From NCBI GenBank assembly GCA_963804815.1, contig CAWDRU010000001.1, positions 337,976-401,975 on the forward strand: a DNA stretch of 64,000 bases. The letters run 5' to 3'. Source of the stretch: Blastocatellia bacterium (lineage in GTDB: Bacteria; Acidobacteriota; Blastocatellia; UBA7656). Positions 8,879-16,535 of the stretch are shown here, piece after piece. The position numbers and the translations under genes are program-made. The first letter of the stretch is position 1, and every line of letters starts with the position of its first letter. Below the pieces are notes generated by a model. The model searched no databases and had not been told where the DNA came from. It was given only the letters and a program-made list of their open reading frames with translations.

Positions 8879-9712
8879 TTGACCATATCAAGAGCAAGCA
8901 GATACCTACTTGTTGCCCTCGTTTTCACCTCATTTATAGCAACCTCATCTGCTTCGACAACTCAACAGAGCGCCAATCAACAAGACGTACCCCGACAGCA
9001 AAGCACTAATCAAATAGTAGGCGCACCTGTGCAGAAACCAACTGAGCAGAAACCAGCCGAGCAACCTAAACCCGATCTACATGTTGAAAAGACCATCCAG
9101 CCAAAGGAGTTGGCGGCAATCATTCCTGACGCGCCTAATGTCATAAAAAAGAGCGCGAGCGCGATTGCCATCCCTTCTGAAAATGCGAATGCTGCGCCCA
9201 GGTACGAAGAGCGCACAACCAATTCAACTATAGAACGCGGAGTCGCTTCAACGGCTCAGGTCGGCAGCCGCTTCGGTTATCGCAGCGACCCGTTCACGGG
9301 CGGCGCTCGCTTTCACGCAGGCGTAGACATCAAGGCCCGCACAGGCGATACAGTAGGCGCAAGCCAGCCTGGAATAGTCGAGTTCGCAGGATGGTATTAC
9401 GGCTACGGCAATATGATAGTAATCAATCACGGCGGCGGCGTAACGACTCGTTATGCGCATCTGTCGAGCTTCCTTGTCGAAGTCGGCACGCGCGTCGAGC
9501 GCGGGCAGATCATCGCGCGCGCAGGCAGCACGGGCCGGGCCACCTCGCCTCATCTTCACTATGAAGTGCGCGTCGAAGGCAGCGCCATTAATCCGTTTCA
9601 GGTTCTGGCACTCGATCCTTCGTCGGATTACTTCAAATTTGCGCAACCGTCTACCCAGACTGCAAAACGCGAGGAATCAAAACCCTCCGCGCAACCGCTT
9701 CGCGTAAACTAA
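8879..9712 (+). CDS. M23 family metallopeptidase (secreted)
   Basis: Signal peptide, Q/P-rich linker, HAGVD (HxxxD), YGN, TRYAH and PHLHYEV (HxH); AGGAGAGG RBS. Confidence 0.93.
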   Translation: MTISRASRYLLVALVFTSFIATSSASTTQQSANQQDVPRQQSTNQIVGAPVQKPTEQKPAEQPKPDLHVEKTIQPKELAAIIPDAPNVIKKSASAIAIPSENANAAPRYEERTTNSTIERGVASTAQVGSRFGYRSDPFTGGARFHAGVDIKARTGDTVGASQPGIVEFAGWYYGYGNMIVINHGGGVTTRYAHLSSFLVEVGTRVERGQIIARAGSTGRATSPHLHYEVRVEGSAINPFQVLALDPSSDYFKFAQPSTQTAKREESKPSAQPLRVN

Positions 9713-9727
9713 CACCTATCACAAGGT

Positions 9728-9774
9728 AAAAACATAAGCGGGGCTCGAACGAATCGAGTCCCGCTTATGTTTTT
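9728..9774. terminator. Bidirectional-type intrinsic terminator
   Basis: aaaaacataagcggggctcga-acgaa-tcgagtcccgcttatgttttt. Confidence 0.85.
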
Positions 9775-9874
9775 GCAAAATAACAACTTGCCAGCGCAAC
9801 GAATCCAGAGGCATCATGAAAACAGTGGAGCGCATCAGACCTTAAAGAGTAAGTGCAAATACGCGGAGTAATAA

Positions 9875-10657
9875 ATGATGATTAAAAAGAGTCTCGTTGC
9901 GCTGGCAATAACTGCCCTTTTATTTCCAGTCGCGATTGCCGGGGTAAAAGCAGAACGGTCGAAATTTTCTCCAACAGTCGGCGAGCGATTGAATTATGAC
10001 GTGTCGTGGTCGGACTTTATCGTTGCGGGCGAGTTGACCCTTGAGACAAAAGCTCTTGAGACGAAAGATCGTCGCAGCTTTGACGACGCGGGCGGATTTC
10101 ACGTCACGGCGCAGGCGCAGTCGGTAGGACTGGTCAGCGCGGTCGTTTACAAAGTCAATGACATTTACGAATCGTTCGTCAGCGCGGCGACCCTTCAGCC
10201 CTTCCGGGCAGAGAAGAATTCGCGACGAGGCAAAAAACGCCAGCAGGCATCCGTCACCATAGATCAACAGAAGCGCACAGCGCGGCTCGGCGATGGCCGC
10301 ACGATAGAGATACCGGCAGACACTTACGATCTGGCGGGATTGATCTTTGCTATTCGCGCGATGGATTTGACGCAGGGCAAATCGCGCGTGTTCAATGTGC
10401 TTGAAGAAGATAAGTTATACAAGATAAGCGTTGAGCCTGAAGCGAGCGAGCGCATCATCACGCCTGCGGGTACTTTTGATGCGATCAGAATGACGACCAA
10501 AACGATTGGCGGAGCGAAAGACAGCAATCTCTACAACCTGAAACTCTACGTCACAAACGACGCGCGTCGCCTGCCTGTGCAGATAACGGCGGAACCATCC
10601 TGGGGATCTGTGCGCGTGCGGTTGACTTCCATTGCGGGAACCAGAACAACGAAGTAA
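9875..10657 (+). CDS. DUF3108-like exported beta-rich protein
   Basis: Signal peptide; GERLNYDVSW, YKVNDIYESF, ITPAGTFDA and YVTNDARRLPV..WGSV motifs. Confidence 0.8.
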   Translation: MMIKKSLVALAITALLFPVAIAGVKAERSKFSPTVGERLNYDVSWSDFIVAGELTLETKALETKDRRSFDDAGGFHVTAQAQSVGLVSAVVYKVNDIYESFVSAATLQPFRAEKNSRRGKKRQQASVTIDQQKRTARLGDGRTIEIPADTYDLAGLIFAIRAMDLTQGKSRVFNVLEEDKLYKISVEPEASERIITPAGTFDAIRMTTKTIGGAKDSNLYNLKLYVTNDARRLPVQITAEPSWGSVRVRLTSIAGTRTTK

Positions 10658-10678
10658 GGTTTGTCAGTCAAAAATCGA

Positions 10679-10759
10679 GCGGCTGCGGACCTCTCTATCA
10701 GAGCGACTATCTGCGCGTGGCCTCTGCTTCAAATGTAGTCGCTTGCGGCCCGCAGCCGC
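10679..10759. repeat. Long nested stem-loop between convergent units
   Basis: Outer perfect 10-bp arms gcggctgcgg/ccgcagccgc and inner 8-bp arms agcgacta/tagtcgct. Confidence 0.55.
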
Positions 10760-10832
10760 TTATTCCCCGGTTCCTCTCTAAGGGCCGCTCGCCAGTGACC
10801 CAGTCCAGGGAATCTCAAGATCAATTCTAATT

Positions 10833-11000
10833 TCACTTCTCTTTCTTCTGTTCTGCCTGTCGAGCACTTCTTGAAAGTGTCACAATCACTGTCAACATAA
10901 CCGCCATTCCATAAATGAACGCCAGCCCCGCAAACAACCAGCATTGCCAGTCAGATTCAAATATGGATGCGGCAATCAAAATTAAAATCCCTTCGGTCAT
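10833..11000 (-). CDS. Putative small single-pass membrane protein (55 aa)
   Basis: Below the ORF-track cutoff. MTEGILILIAASIFESDWQCWLFAGLAFIYGMAVMLTVIVTLSRSARQAEQKKEK has a hydrophobic stretch and a basic tail. The start overlaps the upstream stop (ATGA). Confidence 0.45.
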   Translation of the reverse strand: MTEGILILIAASIFESDWQCWLFAGLAFIYGMAVMLTVIVTLSRSARQAEQKKEK

Positions 11001-11164
11001 CGGGCTGGCAAGGTTTGAATCGAATTAGCATATCTGTGCTTCTCGATCCGTTTATTTGTGATTACGATCAACATAAATATAAGTCCGGTGATGGTTGTTG
11101 AGCTTATCAGAAACAGAGCAAACAGTTGCCTATAGATTTCAGTCGCTAAACACATAAGTTTCAT
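10997..11164 (-). CDS. Putative small single-pass membrane protein (55 aa)
   Basis: Below the ORF-track cutoff. MKLMCLATEIYRQLFALFLISSTTITGLIFMLIVITNKRIEKHRYANSIQTLPAR has a TM segment followed by basic residues. No clear SD. Confidence 0.45.
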   Translation of the reverse strand: MKLMCLATEIYRQLFALFLISSTTITGLIFMLIVITNKRIEKHRYANSIQTLPAR

Positions 11165-11343
11165 CGCGACGAGTTCGCCATCGGGTTATTGGTTTCCGCT
11201 CTGAGCGGCGCGATGCAAGCGATAGCTTTGGCCTCGCTCCAGCGTCGCGCCGCTCTGAGACAGTGCGCGTGTTAGACCGAAACGACTCTCATCGTTTTTG
11301 GATTCGAGCGGCAATGTTTTCATCACCGCTCTATTGTGGTAAG

Positions 11344-11359
11344 TGCAACGCGCGTTCCA
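11344..11359 (-). promoter_or_regulatory. Sigma-54 (-24/-12)-like promoter
   Basis: Minus strand TGGAACGCGCGTTGCA has GG-N10-GC spacing. An AT-rich IHF-like tract lies at 11388-11400 and a palindrome gcagcaa-N5-ttgctgc at 11422-11440 upstream. Confidence 0.55.
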
Positions 11360-11632
11360 GGTGTTGCCAGTATCAGAGTTATTGTATTTTCAGAGAGTTA
11401 GAGTGCTCATCACCATTAAGCGCAGCAACAGGATTGCTGCACCTGATACTTTTGGGTTGCGGTTCCGTAGATTCCATACTGACTCGGCTCTGTTCTGATG
11501 ATAAGAGATAATAAGAAGATCGAATTTCGATATGGGTGAGCAGCCGAACAGAAACTCAGATGGAGCCGGGAGTTGCGGAGGAGTCGGCAGTCTCCGAACT
11601 CCCCCGCTCAAAACGCTCTGCCCTGTAAAGGC

Positions 11633-12103
11633 TCACGAGGCGCTGTGCGCCGATGCGGGCTGGTAACTGCCCGGCACCGTACGGAAAGCAATGTTCAGAC
11701 GGTTCCAACCGTTGATCGTCACGACGGCCAGCGTCAGGTTCACCAGTTCCTCCTCGCTGAACTGCGCCCGCGCCTGCTCATACACTTCATCAGGGACGTG
11801 CCCTTCGGTGACGAGCGTCACAGCCTCGGCCCACGCCAGCGCCGCCCGCTCGCGCTCTGTGTAAAAAGGCGATTCGCGCCATGCCTCAAGCACGTAGAGA
11901 CGCTGCTCGGTCTCGCCAGCGGCCCGCAAATCCTTCGAGTGCATGTCGAGGCAGTAGGCGCAGCCGTTGATCTGCGATACACGGAAATCCAGAAGATGGA
12001 GCAGAGATGTCTCAAGCCCGGTTCTGGCCAGATACGCGCTCAGCCCGTACATCGCCTTCAATGCGCCCTGTCCGGCTTCCATATGGTTTAATCTCGGTTT
12101 CAT
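11633..12103 (-). CDS. Carboxymuconolactone decarboxylase / AhpD-like protein
   Basis: RVSQINGCAYCLDMH (CxxC), AWRE..YTERERAALAWAEAVT and INGWNR motifs. Confidence 0.92.
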   Translation of the reverse strand: MKPRLNHMEAGQGALKAMYGLSAYLARTGLETSLLHLLDFRVSQINGCAYCLDMHSKDLRAAGETEQRLYVLEAWRESPFYTERERAALAWAEAVTLVTEGHVPDEVYEQARAQFSEEELVNLTLAVVTINGWNRLNIAFRTVPGSYQPASAHSAS

Positions 12104-12208
12104 GACTTACTCCTTTTTATGTAATGGCGGGTCTATTACCGCGCCCACAGTCCTCACGCCTGATTGCGCTGAGGTCCGTTGCCGCAGCCGTCCCGCATCT
12201 GACACGAA

Positions 12209-12235
12209 GACGGATGAGGGTATGTCGCTGTGACA
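12209..12235 (-). promoter_or_regulatory. ECF41-type promoter driving the CMD gene
   Basis: Minus strand TGTCACA-N16-CGTC, an exact match to the established ECF41 consensus. Confidence 0.9.
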
Positions 12236-12238
12236 GCC

Positions 12239-13147
12239 CTACTCTCGGTCGGTCGTGCCTTCGAGTCGGTCGATGCCTTTCAGTTTTTCCGGGTTCAGGA
12301 TGCTGTAGAGAGCCAGGATGGAGCGCCCGTCTGTCTCAAACGAAGTGACCGAGAACGGCACCCCGTTGACGAAGGTGACGAGGCCGGGCTCGCCGTTAAT
12401 CAGTAGAATGGCCTGCGTGAGTCGCTCATGTAGCCTGCGCGTGGTGACGAGGAAGAGGCGGGCAATGAGCCCTCGGCCACGAACTATCTTGCGCGCGGCG
12501 TGAACAACGCCGCCGCCATCGCTCGTCAGCGTCGCGTCCTCGGCAAAGAGTGAGAGGAGCGTGGCCTCGTCGCCTGCGTTTGAAGCTTCCATGAACTTCT
12601 CAATCAGCCTGCGGTGATCTTCCTCGTTGACCCTGAACCGTGGGTGATCGCGCCGTACACGTTCCTTTGCCCTGTGTACTATCTGACGACAGGCTGATTC
12701 GCTCTTGCCCAGGATGTGAGCGATCTCCGGGTAGTCGCAATCGAATACCTCGTGCAGCAGGAAGGCCGCGCGCTCTACGGGTGCCAGCCGTTCGAGTAGA
12801 ACCATGAAAGCCATCGAGAGGTCGGAAGCGAGTTCCATCTGCTCCTCAGGTGATCGTGAGGGCGTGCTTAAGAGCGGCTCCGGCAGCCATGGCCCCGTGT
12901 AGGCTTCGCGCTCGACGGAGACCCTGCGCAGGCGGTCGATAGAAAGCCGTGTGACCACGCTGACGAGCCATGCCTCAGGGGAACGGATCTCATCCGTGTC
13001 CGCCCTGTGCCACCGGATGTAGGCTTCCTGAACGATGTCTTCGGCATCGGCCCTCGTCCCCATCATCCTGTAGGCGACTGCAAAGAGGCGTCCCTGAAAC
13101 TGCTCAAACACCCTACTGCTGCCGCCTGCGTAATCCATAGCCATCAT
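12239..13147 (-). CDS. sigJ: ECF41 (SigJ-like) sigma factor with SnoaL-like C-terminal extension
   Basis: DAEDIVQE, GPWLPEP, SDGGG and NPEKL motifs. The start is placed at ATG 13147 after a GAGG RBS. Confidence 0.92.
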   Translation of the reverse strand: MMAMDYAGGSSRVFEQFQGRLFAVAYRMMGTRADAEDIVQEAYIRWHRADTDEIRSPEAWLVSVVTRLSIDRLRRVSVEREAYTGPWLPEPLLSTPSRSPEEQMELASDLSMAFMVLLERLAPVERAAFLLHEVFDCDYPEIAHILGKSESACRQIVHRAKERVRRDHPRFRVNEEDHRRLIEKFMEASNAGDEATLLSLFAEDATLTSDGGGVVHAARKIVRGRGLIARLFLVTTRRLHERLTQAILLINGEPGLVTFVNGVPFSVTSFETDGRSILALYSILNPEKLKGIDRLEGTTDRE

Positions 13148-13396
13148 CAAAATTATCCTCTTTCCTATATAGGGAGGCAACCCTTTACATTTGTGACACA
13201 GCATCGAAATTCAATTGAGCAAACCCATCAGCAAGATCGCATGAACTTTCATCTTTCACGTGGCAATCGCGTGATCTTTAATACTTGACCAGCAAAAACT
13301 CTTGACCCTTTGAGCAGGCCGTATTTCAATGTAGCCGTTCTCAATGTCTTGTAGTTCAAGCCCCACATTAAACAAGCAGGTAAACAGGAGGGAGCA

Positions 13397-13717
13397 ATGG
13401 AGAGTGGAAACGGGACCAATTACCATGAGGCGACAAAGGAGTTAATCTTTGAATCGGGCGGCATACCCGTGCGGCTGGAATACAAAATCAACTATGCAAG
13501 GCAGCATATCGCGGAAGCCAAAGAGGCGCGCGATAAGTTAAAGAAGACCCGCAGTGTCGGCAAATCCGATGCCCCCGCCGTCTTTCTGTCTGAAGCGCTG
13601 GTGTCGCTCGAAGACGGAGGCAAAAGCATCTCTGTCACCTTAGACGCTCTGCAAATACAGTCGCTTTACCTGCTCAGCATGATTATTAATCGAATCGAAA
13701 AAGATTTGAATATTTGA
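13397..13717 (+). CDS. Hypothetical protein (106 aa)
   Basis: Strong RBS (AGGAGGGAG) and possible TTGACC-N17-TTCAAT promoter at 13302-13330; fills an intergenic gap; no recognised motif. Confidence 0.65.
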   Translation: MESGNGTNYHEATKELIFESGGIPVRLEYKINYARQHIAEAKEARDKLKKTRSVGKSDAPAVFLSEALVSLEDGGKSISVTLDALQIQSLYLLSMIINRIEKDLNI

Positions 13718-13790
13718 CAGCGGGGCCGCGTGTAATGCGCACACTAAGATATCAACGAACCTACACTCAACGGCCTTAATGACCTCAGCC

Positions 13791-15215
13791 TCAGTGACTG
13801 AGCAATACAAGTCTGCCGCTTGTAAATCTCACCTGATTACCTTTATCGTCAGTACCGCTGAACGTAATATCTATCTGTCCGCCGCTTCTCCCAACTGTAT
13901 CCAGACACAAAGACCGGCTGCACGCTTTAGCGTTCGGGCCGATATAATTGCTTCCTGCCCCGCAGTCGCCGAACAGTCTCGCGAAAATGGTTCCTGATTT
14001 AGAGCCAATTGTGTGTAAGTACCCTCCGTTTGCATCGTAGAGCACAGTCTTATAGCTGGTAATCGTTACCCCTACGCCTTCCGTTTCCGTCAGCGTCATC
14101 CCAAAGCTCCAGCCCGGAAGCGTAGCGCTGCATGGACTGGAAAAATCCGGCAGTATGGTTTCAGAGTCGAATTCTATGCGCAGATTTGCTCCACCCGGAT
14201 AACGCGAGGTCAGGGAATAGACGGTGGCCGGAAACATATAATCCGGTGTTCCTCCGGCGTCCGCGATGGCGTAAAATCGGAAGTCAATCTTGCCCGGAGT
14301 AACTCTGAACAGATCTTCAAGTTTGATTGACGCTTCTACGAAGCTGTGGCCTTCATGCTCCTGTACTGCCGATAGAATTATTCCGGGTATATCTTCAGAT
14401 AGTACGCAGTTTTCATAAACGGCAAGTGCCAGATGCGCGCCCGGTTCCGAAGGCGACGTATGAATTACCGCTTCGATCCCGTTACACCCTGTGAGCGGAT
14501 TCACATCCGTATCGAGAGACAGCTTGATGTCGCCTGTATAGGGCGCTCCTGCGAACTCCAATAAGAAAAAAACCCGACTGTTATCGTTTGTGACAAAGAT
14601 TTTCACAATATCGCTGCCTGCGTGATACTGGTTCGACGCATCGAAAGGCCCATCGCCTGCGCTGTCGGTAATAGTAGGGTGAATTCCCGCCCAATCACCC
14701 GGATCGCCGTCTACCTGTATTGTGCCCGGAGGCAAAGGCAGAGGCGGCTCGGCATCTGGTTTGTTTATCATGACGGGGCCGAAAGCATTGAAATTATTGC
14801 TCTCGTCTTTTTCTATAACTGCGTTCAGGTCATCAATAATGGCTCCCAGATAATACGGCCCCGGCGTTACGGATGCGGGCACGTCAACATCCGTGGTGCA
14901 CTGAGATGATTCTCCGCGCGCAAGCCCTGTAATCTCGCAGCCGGACCCAGTGTCAATATCGTCTGTAGTTATGTTGGCATCAATCGACAGATAAAACCTG
15001 ATGCGAAAAGCGCTTGCCGGGCGCTTGCCACGATTGAGGATTTCCGCCGCCACATTCTGAAGACGTTCTCCGACGATGGCTGAGGTATTGGCGTTAAGTT
15101 TTGGCAGGGTCAAATCCGGGAGCTTCTTGTTTTTTGACAGTCCGATCTGAAGATTGGTAAACAGAGTAAAAAACAGTAATAAAAGGGCAAATATGCTGGC
15201 TCGCTTTATTCCCAT
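13791..15215 (-). CDS. Secreted multi-domain protein: CARDB (Ig-like) domain plus beta-sandwich domains
   Basis: GGAGGGG RBS and signal peptide; PDL...FYLS...PGPYYLGAIIDDLNAVIEKDESNN (CARDB); IQVDGDPGDW (DOMON/CBM9-like start). Confidence 0.75.
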   Translation of the reverse strand: MGIKRASIFALLLLFFTLFTNLQIGLSKNKKLPDLTLPKLNANTSAIVGERLQNVAAEILNRGKRPASAFRIRFYLSIDANITTDDIDTGSGCEITGLARGESSQCTTDVDVPASVTPGPYYLGAIIDDLNAVIEKDESNNFNAFGPVMINKPDAEPPLPLPPGTIQVDGDPGDWAGIHPTITDSAGDGPFDASNQYHAGSDIVKIFVTNDNSRVFFLLEFAGAPYTGDIKLSLDTDVNPLTGCNGIEAVIHTSPSEPGAHLALAVYENCVLSEDIPGIILSAVQEHEGHSFVEASIKLEDLFRVTPGKIDFRFYAIADAGGTPDYMFPATVYSLTSRYPGGANLRIEFDSETILPDFSSPCSATLPGWSFGMTLTETEGVGVTITSYKTVLYDANGGYLHTIGSKSGTIFARLFGDCGAGSNYIGPNAKACSRSLCLDTVGRSGGQIDITFSGTDDKGNQVRFTSGRLVLLSH

Positions 15216-15473
15216 TACCCCTCCCCGAATGAATCGCGCAATCAAGAACTATACTCTACCATTAAGTTTCATACATGTGCAGTAGAGCCGTCGATAATAA
15301 ATCCATGACAGATTTTATAAGGAGTGTAAAAGTGATGAAGGATTCGAGAAGCTGCGCGGGAGGTAACATTTTACCCGGTCAAGTGCTACAATTTAGCCTC
15401 TCGCCGAACTAATAGTATTTCATTTTCTTGATGCTGCACAGCGGGCGCGAAAAACATAAAAGCGAGCACATGT

Positions 15474-16535
15474 ATGATAATACCAACTGAGCCGATTGGG
15501 AGTATCCCAAGACCTCTTGCACTGATCGAGGCGATTGCTGCAAGAGACGGCGCGGACCCGGAATTAGAGCCGCTCTACGAGGCAGCGATTCGCGACACCA
15601 TCGAGCGATTCGAGGCTACGGGATCGCCCGTCATCACAGACGGCGAGCAGAGAAAGTATCACAATTTCTGGACCTACTGCGTGCACGGATTGCCGAACAC
15701 GGCCCCGGACGGCTTCAAAATCCCGTTCACAGCCGGTCACACACGCCGGATGCCGAGGCTGACGGGCGGCCCGTTTCGTTACAAGAGGCACGCGGACTCC
15801 TACCTTGACATGGCGCTGCGCTACGCTCACGTGCCTGTGAAGCAGGCAGTCATCTCGCCTTCGGCCCTGAGCCTCATGTACCCGCCCGATGAGATTCCGG
15901 GCTACCCGCGCGTGCAGTTCATCGAAGACCTGCTCTTTGAGCATGAAACAGAGGTTCGCGCCTGCCTGCGGAAAGGCGCGCATAAGGTGCAGATCGATTT
16001 TACGGAGGGGAGGCTGGCGGTTAAAATCGACCCCACAGGGGATCTCCTCAACAGCTTTATAGATTTGAACAATCTGGCGCTTTCAAGGTTTTCAGCAGAG
16101 GAGCGCAAGCGCATCGGCGTACACACCTGTCCGGGTGGTGACATCGATTCGACTCACAGCGCGGACGTTGATTACGCCGAACTGCTGCCCAGCCTGTTTG
16201 AATTGATGGCGGGGAACTTTTACGTCGCGCTGGCTGGCGAAAAGGACCGCGTCCACGCCCTGAAGATCATCCGAAACCACATCAAAGCAGGCCAGCGAGT
16301 CTTCGTCGGTGTTATTGCGCCGATAGACCCGCATGTCGAGACGCCGGAGGAAGTGCGGGACCGGGTCCTCGAAGCGGCCCGATATATTCCGGTCGAGCAA
16401 CTGGGCACGACGGACGACTGCGGGTTCTCGCCGTTCTGCGACGACACCTCAACGACCCGCGACACGGCCTTTGAAAAGATCCGGGCGCGGGTACAAGGCA
16501 CTGCGCTCGCAACAGAAATTATCGAGGGGCGGTAA
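15474..16535 (+). CDS. Cobalamin-independent methionine synthase II (core MetE/UROD-barrel)-like protein
   Basis: IGSIPRP, ITDGEQ, QIDFTE, HTCPG (HxC) and DDCGF motifs; 353 aa, catalytic barrel only. Confidence 0.85.
   Translation: MIIPTEPIGSIPRPLALIEAIAARDGADPELEPLYEAAIRDTIERFEATGSPVITDGEQRKYHNFWTYCVHGLPNTAPDGFKIPFTAGHTRRMPRLTGGPFRYKRHADSYLDMALRYAHVPVKQAVISPSALSLMYPPDEIPGYPRVQFIEDLLFEHETEVRACLRKGAHKVQIDFTEGRLAVKIDPTGDLLNSFIDLNNLALSRFSAEERKRIGVHTCPGGDIDSTHSADVDYAELLPSLFELMAGNFYVALAGEKDRVHALKIIRNHIKAGQRVFVGVIAPIDPHVETPEEVRDRVLEAARYIPVEQLGTTDDCGFSPFCDDTSTTRDTAFEKIRARVQGTALATEIIEGR

Noticed and set aside
10679-10759. Possible SRP or other housekeeping ncRNA
   Set aside because: It lacks the SRP loop consensus (CAGG..GRAA..AGCAG) and is kept only as a hairpin.
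15393-15473. SAM or cobalamin riboswitch upstream of the MetE-like gene
   Set aside because: The leader is short and shows no matching conserved elements.
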